Of a stretch of DNA of 64,000 nucleotides, positions 56,875 to 64,000 are shown one piece after another (position 1 is the first letter of the stretch; every line of letters begins with the position of its first letter). The position numbers and the translations under genes are program-made. The notes beneath the pieces are model-generated. The model made no database searches. It had not been told where the DNA came from and was given only the letters and a program-made list of their open reading frames with translations. The stretch covers positions 576,001-640,000 of the forward strand of contig CAVXVB010000005.1 of the NCBI GenBank assembly GCA_963765205.1, given 5' to 3'. The stretch comes from an uncultured Verrucomicrobiae bacterium. Lineage in GTDB: Bacteria > Verrucomicrobiota > Verrucomicrobiia > Opitutales > JABDGR01.

Positions 56875-57999
56875 TCACAACGCGACGGTTTCGATGATTT
56901 CGAGGCCGTAGCCGTCGAGACCAATGACGCGGCGCTGGGGCGAGCCGGAGAGCAGGCGGATTTGCCGCAGGCCGAGGTCGGCGAGGATTTGCGCGCCGAC
57001 GCCGTAGTCGCGGAAATCCATGCGCGACGGCGCGGGCACGAGGCGGCCGCCACCACCGGGCTGCGGTTCGAGGTTCAGGCCGCCAGCGGGTTGCTCGATA
57101 TACACGAGCGCGCCGCGGCCCTCTTTCGCAATGCGTTCGAGCGCGGCGGCCAGCGCGTGGAAGCCGCCGAACTGCCGCGCGCGAAACACGTCGGCCAGCA
57201 GATTCTCGCTCTGCACGCGCACGAGGGTGGGCGCGCCGTCGAGCGTGCCGCGCGTGAGGGCGTAATGCGTGCGCCCGTCGAGCGGGGTGCGGTAAATGTG
57301 CAAATCGAAATGCCCGAACTCGGAATCGAACGGCAGCGTGGCTTCGCGCTTGACGAGTTTTTCGCGCCGGTGCCGGTAATGGATGAGTTGCGTGATGGAA
57401 ATGAGTTTCAGCCCGAAGCGCTGCTTGAATTCGGCGAGTTGCGGCAGGCGGGCGAGCGTGCCGTCCTCATTGACGATTTCGCAGAGCACGCCGCTGGGGT
57501 GCAGACCGGCGAGGATGGCCAGGTCCACCGCGGCTTCCGTGTGGCCGGCGCGCTGGAGGACGCCGCCGGGCTTGGCTCGCAGGGGAAACACGTGTCCGGG
57601 CTGCACGAGCTGGTCGGGCGTGGCGTAGGGGTCGGACAAAATGCGGATGGTCTTCGTGCGGTCGTAGGCGCTGACGCCAGTGGTGATGCCGTCGGCGGCA
57701 TCCACGCTGACCATGAAGTCCGTGCGGTGCGCCTCGCGGTTTTGCGCGACCATGGGGCCGAGGCCGAGGCGCTTGAGCTGCGGCTCGACGGTGGGCACGC
57801 AGACGATGCCGCTGCCGTAGCGGATCATCATGTTCACGGTTTCCGGCGTGGCCTTGGAGGCCGCCATGATCAAATCGCCCTCGTTCTCGCGGGTTTCGTC
57901 ATCGGTGACGATGACCAGGCGCCCGCCGGCCACGTCGGCGATGGCCGCCTCGACAGGGTCGAAGGGCGGCGCGGGATGATCGAGGTCGGGAACACTCAT
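56875..57999 (-). CDS. ribB: 3,4-dihydroxy-2-butanone 4-phosphate synthase fused to a degenerate GTP cyclohydrolase II domain (RibBA/RibBX)
   Basis: DDETRENEGD, TTGVSAYDR, PGHVFPL, GHTEA, CEI; C-terminal RDYGVGAQILADLG. Confidence 0.93.
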   Translation of the reverse strand: MSVPDLDHPAPPFDPVEAAIADVAGGRLVIVTDDETRENEGDLIMAASKATPETVNMMIRYGSGIVCVPTVEPQLKRLGLGPMVAQNREAHRTDFMVSVDAADGITTGVSAYDRTKTIRILSDPYATPDQLVQPGHVFPLRAKPGGVLQRAGHTEAAVDLAILAGLHPSGVLCEIVNEDGTLARLPQLAEFKQRFGLKLISITQLIHYRHRREKLVKREATLPFDSEFGHFDLHIYRTPLDGRTHYALTRGTLDGAPTLVRVQSENLLADVFRARQFGGFHALAAALERIAKEGRGALVYIEQPAGGLNLEPQPGGGGRLVPAPSRMDFRDYGVGAQILADLGLRQIRLLSGSPQRRVIGLDGYGLEIIETVAL

Positions 58000-58021
58000 G
58001 GCCGGGTGGGGGAAACCCGGC

Positions 58022-58051
58022 AATCTAGCGCGGCGCAGGCGGGGGCGTCAA
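58022..58051 (-). promoter_or_regulatory. Sigma70-type promoter of rib operon
   Basis: TTGACG-18 nt-TAGATT on minus strand, ~20 nt before start. Confidence 0.5.
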
Positions 58052-58068
58052 GGGTAGGTGGGGGGAGG

Positions 58069-58103
58069 GTTGCAAGTTGCAGGTTACAAGTTGCAGGTTG
58101 AAG
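58069..58103. repeat. 7-mer tandem array (GTTGCAR type)
   Basis: GTTGCAA-GTTGCAG-GTTACAA-GTTGCAG-GTTGAAG. Confidence 0.75.
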
Positions 58104-58144
58104 AACCGGCCAATAATTATGTTTTCGCCTGCAACTGGCTCTGC

Positions 58145-58927
58145 TTAATTCCGATCCACCCAGCGTTGGCGCAGGAGTTGCAGGGCCTGGCCATGAATCT
58201 GGCAGATGCGCGCTTCCGTGACTTTGAAGACGGTGGCGATTTCCGCGAGGCGGCGACCGTGGTAGTAATAGAGGAGAATGACCTGGCGGTGGCGGTCGGG
58301 CAAAAGTTTCATCGTGCGCAGGAGGGCGGCCAAAGTCTCTTCCTGTTCGAGGCGGGTGTGCGTGGGCGGGGTGTTCTCGTCGGCGATGCACTCGTGCAAA
58401 TTCATGAGCAGGCCCGCGCCATTATCGCGCTCGAGCGGTTTGTCGAGCGGGAGAAAGCGCACGGGGCTGACGCGCAATTGCAGCTTGTCGTAGTCCAACC
58501 GGTTGAGGCCAAGGTGCTCGCGGGTTTCCTCGGCGGTGGGCAGGCGGCCGAGGGTCTGCTCAAGGCTGTCCACGGTCTTGCGCAGCTCGCGGGCGCGGTG
58601 GCGGGCGGAGCGCGGCATCCAATCGAGGCGGCGGAGTTCGTCGAGGATGGCGCCGCGGATGCGCATGGCGACATAGGCCTCGAAAGTCTTGGTCTGGCCC
58701 GCGTCATAGCGGCGCACGGCGGCGATCAGACCGGTCAGCCCCACGCTGTGCAGTTCATCGAGGTCGGCGCAACTGGGCAGGGAGTGGCGCATTTGCGATA
58801 CGACGGCGCGCACCTGCGGGTAGTGCCGTTCCACCAACTGGCACTGCTCCGAGGTCAGCGGGCGGGTGGCCAAGGCAGTCGGGTTGGAGGTGACAGACGA
58901 ATCTGAGGGGTCTTCAGAGTGGTGCAT
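58145..58927 (-). CDS. fliA: FliA/WhiG-family RNA polymerase sigma factor
   Basis: RIRGAILDELRRLDWMPRS, LGRLPT, LYYY...LAEIA.VFKVTEARICQIHGQA. Confidence 0.9.
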   Translation of the reverse strand: MHHSEDPSDSSVTSNPTALATRPLTSEQCQLVERHYPQVRAVVSQMRHSLPSCADLDELHSVGLTGLIAAVRRYDAGQTKTFEAYVAMRIRGAILDELRRLDWMPRSARHRARELRKTVDSLEQTLGRLPTAEETREHLGLNRLDYDKLQLRVSPVRFLPLDKPLERDNGAGLLMNLHECIADENTPPTHTRLEQEETLAALLRTMKLLPDRHRQVILLYYYHGRRLAEIATVFKVTEARICQIHGQALQLLRQRWVDRN

Positions 58928-59250
58928 GGGAGAAAATTTTTAAGTTTCTGCTTAAGTTCTAACCATGCTTCGTGCCAACTTTGGAGATATTAATTTAAGA
59001 CATTTACTATAAATAACTTAAAAATTAAATTTACATAAAAATAACGTTGCATAGAATGAAATGCAAAGAATTGAGTTGTATTTACATTGCAAAAACAATG
59101 CAATTATTTTTCGGTCTAGGGTAAAATTCAAGATTAGCAATGGGTATCTGCGAGCGCAGGGTGTGAGCCGAAGGATTCTGGACCAACCATGATAGGTGGC
59201 CTGGGTATGTCCGGGTCACCTCACGGAGGATTTCTGCGATATTTCCGGCT

Positions 59251-59295
59251 AATTCACCGCAGCGTCACGAAATTGTCACAATACCTCTCTAGGAT
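59251..59295 (+). promoter_or_regulatory. Pho box array and -10 element upstream of pstS
   Basis: TCAC cores at 59254, 59265 and 59276 (11-bp period; GTCACgaaattGTCAC) followed by TAGGAT. Confidence 0.8.
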
Positions 59296-59366
59296 GGGGA
59301 CGCTGCCACGAAAACGCTCCCGGCGGCAAATCTCTCGTCCATCTCCATCCCATCCTCATTAAAAAA

Positions 59367-60389
59367 ATGAAAAAGCTCCTTCTTGCCGGCCTTTTGGGCC
59401 TTGCCACCCTTTCGGTGCATGCCGCCGATTCCGCCCCGACCTCGGTCACTCTGACCGGCTCTGGATCCACCTTCGTCAAGCCCATCATGGATATCTGGGC
59501 TGAAAATTACGGCAATGTGGATACGATGGTGAAAATCAGTTATGCTGGCGGTGGCTCCGGGGTGGGGCAAAAGAACATTTTGGACGGTACGGTTGATTTC
59601 GGCGGCTCGGATGGCCCGATGACCGATGCCCAGCTGGCGACCGCCAAAAGCAAAATTTTGCACCTGCCCGTGGTCGCGGGCGCGGTGGTTGTCATTTACA
59701 ATTTGCCGGGCGTGCCCACCCTCAAGTTCGATGGTGCGACGCTGGCCAATATCTTTCTCGGCAAAATCACCAAGTGGAGTGATCCCGCCATTGCCGCGCT
59801 TAATCCCGGCGTCAAGCTGCCGGACACGGATATTTCCTCGGTTCATCGCTCCGACGGCAGCGGCACCACCTACATATTCACGGATTACCTCTGCAGTGTG
59901 AGTCCGGAATGGAACAAAAATGTGGGCAAGAAAACGGCTGTTGAGTGGCCGGGCGGCGTCGGAGCATCGGGCAGCGCAGGTGTGACGGCCCAAGTGCAGA
60001 AGACCGCTGGCGGCATTGGCTACGTCGAACTGATCTACGCCCTCAGCAACAAGATCGCCTTTGCCGACATGAAGAACGCCGCCGGCAAATATGTCACGGC
60101 TTCCCTTGATGGAGTCAGCCAGGCACTGGCCACGGCCACGATTCCCGATGACTTCCGTTTTTCCTATGTCAACGCCCCGGGCGACGCATCCTACCCAATT
60201 TCCGGGGTCACCTGGCTGCTGGTTCCCCAGGTGTCGAAGGATCCGGCCAAGGGCCAAAAGCTGGTCGCGTTTCTCAAATGGATCTACACCGACTCGAAGG
60301 CCCAGAAGATGTCCGCTGATAAGTTTTACGCGCCCATCCCGGATGCGGTGGTCAAACGCATTCTTACTGCGATTGACACGATAAAGTAA
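59367..60389 (+). CDS. pstS: Phosphate ABC transporter substrate-binding protein
   Basis: Signal peptide, GSGSTF, GSGVG, DFGGSD, RSDGSGTT, IGYVE, YPI. Confidence 0.97.
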   Translation: MKKLLLAGLLGLATLSVHAADSAPTSVTLTGSGSTFVKPIMDIWAENYGNVDTMVKISYAGGGSGVGQKNILDGTVDFGGSDGPMTDAQLATAKSKILHLPVVAGAVVVIYNLPGVPTLKFDGATLANIFLGKITKWSDPAIAALNPGVKLPDTDISSVHRSDGSGTTYIFTDYLCSVSPEWNKNVGKKTAVEWPGGVGASGSAGVTAQVQKTAGGIGYVELIYALSNKIAFADMKNAAGKYVTASLDGVSQALATATIPDDFRFSYVNAPGDASYPISGVTWLLVPQVSKDPAKGQKLVAFLKWIYTDSKAQKMSADKFYAPIPDAVVKRILTAIDTIK

Positions 60390-60430
60390 CCAAAATTTGC
60401 TGGCACATCAAGTGCTGAACATTCATTACC

Positions 60431-60468
60431 AAACCGGGCGGAGAGTCCCATCCTTTCCGTCCGGTTTT
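60431..60468 (+). terminator. Stem-loop after pstS (partial terminator or mRNA stabiliser)
   Basis: AAACCGGGCGGAGAG-TCCCATC-CTTTCCGTCCGGTTTT. Confidence 0.7.
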
Positions 60469-60478
60469 CTGTCTAATC

Positions 60479-61477
60479 ATGAATAAAGCCACGACCCAAG
60501 CCGTGCCGGTGAGCACGGCCGATTTACCGGCCAGCGCCGCCGACCTGCCCATGCCGAATCGCTTGGGCAACCGCTTGTTTGAGGGAGTGACCTTCCTGTC
60601 AGCGTCGATGATTGGGGTTTGTTTTCTCCTGGTTGCCTACGTTTTGGTTAAAGGCTCGGCAACCGCGATTAAGCAATATGGGTTTGGTTTTTTGACCAAT
60701 ATCCACTGGAATCCGGTGACGGAAAATTTCGGCGCTCTACCGTTCATCCTCGGCACGCTGTCCACTGCGGCCATCGCGCTGATTATTGCCGTGCCTCTTA
60801 GCATCGGTACGGCGAGTTTTCTGACGGATCTGGCGCCGCTGTGGATGCGCCAGCCTTTGACCTCGGTGATTGAAATGCTGGCCGCCGTGCCCAGTGTGAT
60901 TTGGGGTCTGTGGGGCTTGTTTGTGTTGCTGCCTTGGCTGCACGACAATGTCTATGTATGGATTAACAAGCATTTTAGCGGCATCCCGCTTTTTGCCGGA
61001 CCGATAGAGGGCGCCGGTTCCTGCATCCTCTCCGCTGGCATCATTGTGGCGATTATGATCCTGCCCATTGTCACCTCCGTCTCGCGCGAAATCCTGCGCT
61101 CGGTGCCGGATTTGCAACGCGAAGCCGCCTACGGTTTGGGTGCCACCCGCTGGGAAGTCACCCGCATCGCCGTGCTGAGTTACGCGCGCCGTGGGTTGAT
61201 GGGTGCGGCGGTACTCGGCTTGGGCCGAGCCTTGGGCGAGACCATGGCGGTCACGATGGTGGTCGGCAATAGCCCGGTCATCCATGCCTCGTTGTTGCAG
61301 CCCGGCTGGACTTTGGCCAGCGTGATTGCCAACCAATTTGGCGAAGCCTCGGATGATTTGATGCGCAGCGTGCTCTTCGAAATCGGCTTGGTACTGGTCG
61401 GCGTCACGATTCTCGTCAATATCGGCGCGCTTATCTTGATTCGTTCCATTGAAACCGCCGGTTCGCGCCGGGCCTGA
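60479..61477 (+). CDS. pstC: Phosphate ABC transporter permease PstC
   Basis: WNPV..FGALP, EMLAAVPSVIWGLWG, EAAYGLGATRWE, GRALGETMAV. Confidence 0.96.
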   Translation: MNKATTQAVPVSTADLPASAADLPMPNRLGNRLFEGVTFLSASMIGVCFLLVAYVLVKGSATAIKQYGFGFLTNIHWNPVTENFGALPFILGTLSTAAIALIIAVPLSIGTASFLTDLAPLWMRQPLTSVIEMLAAVPSVIWGLWGLFVLLPWLHDNVYVWINKHFSGIPLFAGPIEGAGSCILSAGIIVAIMILPIVTSVSREILRSVPDLQREAAYGLGATRWEVTRIAVLSYARRGLMGAAVLGLGRALGETMAVTMVVGNSPVIHASLLQPGWTLASVIANQFGEASDDLMRSVLFEIGLVLVGVTILVNIGALILIRSIETAGSRRA

Positions 61478-61517
61478 AGTTGTTTTTCCATTTTTCCTTT
61501 TCAAGCTAACGCCCGCC

Positions 61518-62360
61518 ATGAACTCCCGCTACGATAATTATCGCAAGTTGAAAAGCTCATTCATGAGTTTTCTGGCGGTGGTTTGCGCCTTGCTGGTGGT
61601 GTTGCCGCTGTTCCTTGTGCTATTTCACTTGCTGAAGATGGGCTTTAGTTCGCTCAACTGGGATTTTTTCACGAAACTGCCCAAAGGGGCCGGGGAGGAA
61701 GGCGGCGGCATGGCCAACGGCATCGTCGGCACGCTGGAACTCATGGGTTTGGCTTTGGTGATGGGCGTTCCGCTGGGACTGCTTGGCGGGATTTATCTCT
61801 CGGAATATGGTTCTGAAAAAGTGAATGGACTGATCCGGTTTGGCGCCGACGTGCTCAATGGTGTGCCCTCGATTGTCTGGGGCTTGGTTGGTTACACGCT
61901 GGTGGTGGTTCCTATGGGAGGTTATTCCGCACTTTCGGGAGGTATTGCGCTGGCCTTCATCATGTTGCCCCTCGTGCTGCGCACCACGGAAGAAGTCCTG
62001 GTGCTGGTTCCCAATTCTTACCGCGAAGCCGGCATGGCCCTTGGCATCCCGCGCTGGAAGATCACCTTTAACATCGTGTTGCGTACGGCTTTCAAAGGCA
62101 TCATCACGGGCGTCCTGCTCGCGCTCGGCCGCGTGGCGGGCGAGACGGCGCCGATTCTTTTCACTGCACTCGGCAGTTCGGTTTGGAATACCAGCATCAA
62201 GGAGCCGATTTCGGCGCTGCCCATCCAAATCTATTATTACGCGATCTCCCCATTCGCCGACCAGAACCGCCAAGCATGGGCCGGCGCGCTGGTGCTGATT
62301 TTGATGGTCTTCCTGCTGAGCGCCTCGGTTCGAGTGCTGTCCAGCCGCCGCAAAAAATGA
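61518..62360 (+). CDS. pstA: Phosphate ABC transporter permease PstA
   Basis: GGMANGIVGT, GVPSIV, RTTEE, REAGMALG, RVAGETAP, AWAGALVL. Confidence 0.96.
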   Translation: MNSRYDNYRKLKSSFMSFLAVVCALLVVLPLFLVLFHLLKMGFSSLNWDFFTKLPKGAGEEGGGMANGIVGTLELMGLALVMGVPLGLLGGIYLSEYGSEKVNGLIRFGADVLNGVPSIVWGLVGYTLVVVPMGGYSALSGGIALAFIMLPLVLRTTEEVLVLVPNSYREAGMALGIPRWKITFNIVLRTAFKGIITGVLLALGRVAGETAPILFTALGSSVWNTSIKEPISALPIQIYYYAISPFADQNRQAWAGALVLILMVFLLSASVRVLSSRRKK

Positions 62361-62384
62361 GCGAATGTTGCTCGCCTTTTCACC

Positions 62385-63272
62385 ATGAATCCCGTTATTA
62401 CCAACAAGCCTTTCGTTATGAGCGACCCCGTCAAACCCGCCGCCCCTGCACCGGTGCAACCGCCCGCGCCGGCTTCGACTCCCGCGCCCGTGGCCCCCGC
62501 GCCCGCCGCGCCGCTGGAAATCGCCTTTGACATCCAGGACTTGAGCATTTTTTACGGCACTCACCAAGCCGTAAAGAACGTCACCATGCACATTCCCTCG
62601 GGCAGTGTGACGGCCATCATCGGCCCCAGCGGCTGCGGCAAGTCCACCGCCCTGCGCGCGCTCAACCGCATGCACGAGCTGACGCCCGGCGCCCGCCACA
62701 CCGGCAAAATTTTGATGAAGGGCCAGGATCTATACGGCCCCGGCATTGACGCGACCGTGGTGCGCCGCCGCGTCGGCATGGTATTCCAGAAATCGAATCC
62801 CTTCCCCACGCTTTCGATTGCGGAAAACGTCCTTGTCGGCCTGCGGCTCAACGGCGTGCGCGACAAGGCTTTTCTCAACAAGCGCCTCGAAGAGTCGCTG
62901 CGCATGGCGGCGCTGTGGGACGAGGTGAAGGACTTCCTCAACCGCCCCGGCACCGGCCTCTCCGGCGGCCAGCAGCAGCGCCTGTGCATCGCGCGCGCGC
63001 TGGCCGTGCGCCCGGAAATTTTGCTGATGGACGAGCCGTGCTCCGCACTCGACCCCATCGCGACCGCCAAGGTCGAAGAGCTCATCCACGCGCTCAAGTC
63101 GCAATACACCGTCGTCATCGTCACCCACAACATGCAGCAGGCCGCGCGTGTGTCGGAAAAGACGGCCTTCTTCTACATGGGCAAGCTGATTGAATACGGC
63201 CCCACCGAGCAAATTTTCATGAATCCGAAAGACCCGCAGACCGAAGCGTATGTGTCCGGGAGGTTCGGTTGA
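62385..63272 (+). CDS. pstB: Phosphate ABC transporter ATPase
   Basis: [48 protein letters not shown]. Confidence 0.97.
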   Translation: MNPVITNKPFVMSDPVKPAAPAPVQPPAPASTPAPVAPAPAAPLEIAFDIQDLSIFYGTHQAVKNVTMHIPSGSVTAIIGPSGCGKSTALRALNRMHELTPGARHTGKILMKGQDLYGPGIDATVVRRRVGMVFQKSNPFPTLSIAENVLVGLRLNGVRDKAFLNKRLEESLRMAALWDEVKDFLNRPGTGLSGGQQQRLCIARALAVRPEILLMDEPCSALDPIATAKVEELIHALKSQYTVVIVTHNMQQAARVSEKTAFFYMGKLIEYGPTEQIFMNPKDPQTEAYVSGRFG

Positions 63273-63278
63273 TTTATC

Positions 63279-63373
63279 AGAAGGTGGAATATAGAAGGCA
63301 GGAGGTAGAATAATTCATTGCCACTGCCGACTGTTTTTACCTTCTAGATTCCACCTCCTACCTTCTACCTTCT
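63279..63373. repeat. Inverted pair of 7-mer arrays (hairpin)
   Basis: AGAAGGT-GGAATAT-AGAAGGC-AGGAGGT-AGAA ... TACCTTC-TAGATTC-CACCTCC-TACCTTC-TACCTTC. Confidence 0.8.
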
Positions 63374-63379
63374 AAAAAA

Positions 63380-64000
63380 ATGAAACGCTACTTTCACCAC
63401 GAACTCGAGGACCTGCGCAAGCACCTCATCCTCATGGGCGAGCGCACGATTGATTCCGTGCGCCTGGCCATGCAAGCACTCCTCGCGGACGACGTGTCCA
63501 TGGCCGGCCAGGTCATCGCCCTGGACGACGAAATTGACCGGCTCGAGGTGCTGATTGACGCCGAGTGCGTGCGCTACATCACCCTGCGCCAGCCGGTGGC
63601 CCACGACGTGCGCCTGATGACCGTCGCCATGAAGGCCAACCACGAACTCGAACGCGCCGGCGACGAGGCCACCAGCATTGCCAAGCGCGCCCGCCGCCTC
63701 GCCGAATTCGGCAAAGTGGACGATTTCTTCAATATCCCCCGCATGGGCGACCTCGCCCTCGAACAACTCCGCGACGCGATGGATTCCTTCATTGCCGAAG
63801 ACGCGGACAAGGCGATCCTCGTGCCCCGGCGCGACAAGGAAGTGGACGACCTCAACCGCGAAAATTATGTCCGGATCACCGACAAAATTTCCGCGCACCC
63901 GGAGACCTCGCATGCCAACATCGAGCTGATTTTCATTTCCAAGTCCCTTGAGCGCATCGCCGACCACGCCACCAACATCGCCGAGGAAGTCGTCTATTTG
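63380..64000 (+). CDS. phoU: Phosphate signalling regulator PhoU (runs off window end)
   Basis: MKRYFHHELEDL, RQPVAHDVR, ELERAGDEA, LERIADHATNIAEEV. Confidence 0.96.
   Translation, partial: MKRYFHHELEDLRKHLILMGERTIDSVRLAMQALLADDVSMAGQVIALDDEIDRLEVLIDAECVRYITLRQPVAHDVRLMTVAMKANHELERAGDEATSIAKRARRLAEFGKVDDFFNIPRMGDLALEQLRDAMDSFIAEDADKAILVPRRDKEVDDLNRENYVRITDKISAHPETSHANIELIFISKSLERIADHATNIAEEVVYL

Noticed and set aside
1..64000. Many long overlapping or antisense ORFs in the six-frame track (e.g. 18699-20417 +, 33928-35250 -, 50248-52077 +)
   Set aside because: Shadow frames of recognised genes, expected in GC-rich DNA; no family motifs

Overview
GC-rich bacterial chromosomal segment, most likely Verrucomicrobiota/Opitutae-like (inferred from gene content and order, not searched). 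Most of it is housekeeping: ftsY; nusA-infB-rbfA-nrnA-truB-ribF-coaB; pyc; rlmI; recR; a partial arnBC plus formyltransferase cluster; uppP-rpmF-plsX-fabH-bamD-lptE-rpe; ribBA-ribH-nusB; a FliA-type sigma factor; and pstSCAB-phoU with Pho boxes. Among these are envelope proteins (S8 protease, propeller-trypsin fusion, serpin, outer-membrane barrel, TPR proteins) and five small toxin-antitoxin-like cassettes at gene junctions. Three of the recognisable toxins are broken (frameshift, in-frame stop, and a MazF truncated and fused to a secreted protein). Many intergenic gaps hold 7-mer or 9-mer tandem repeats, often as inverted hairpin-forming pairs, and REP-like doublets. A stand-alone tandem AP2-domain protein is present. 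Four frameshifts, one in the essential infB, suggest indel errors in the assembly, so pseudogene calls need read-level checking. No rRNA, tRNA, CRISPR array, integrase or transposase was seen.
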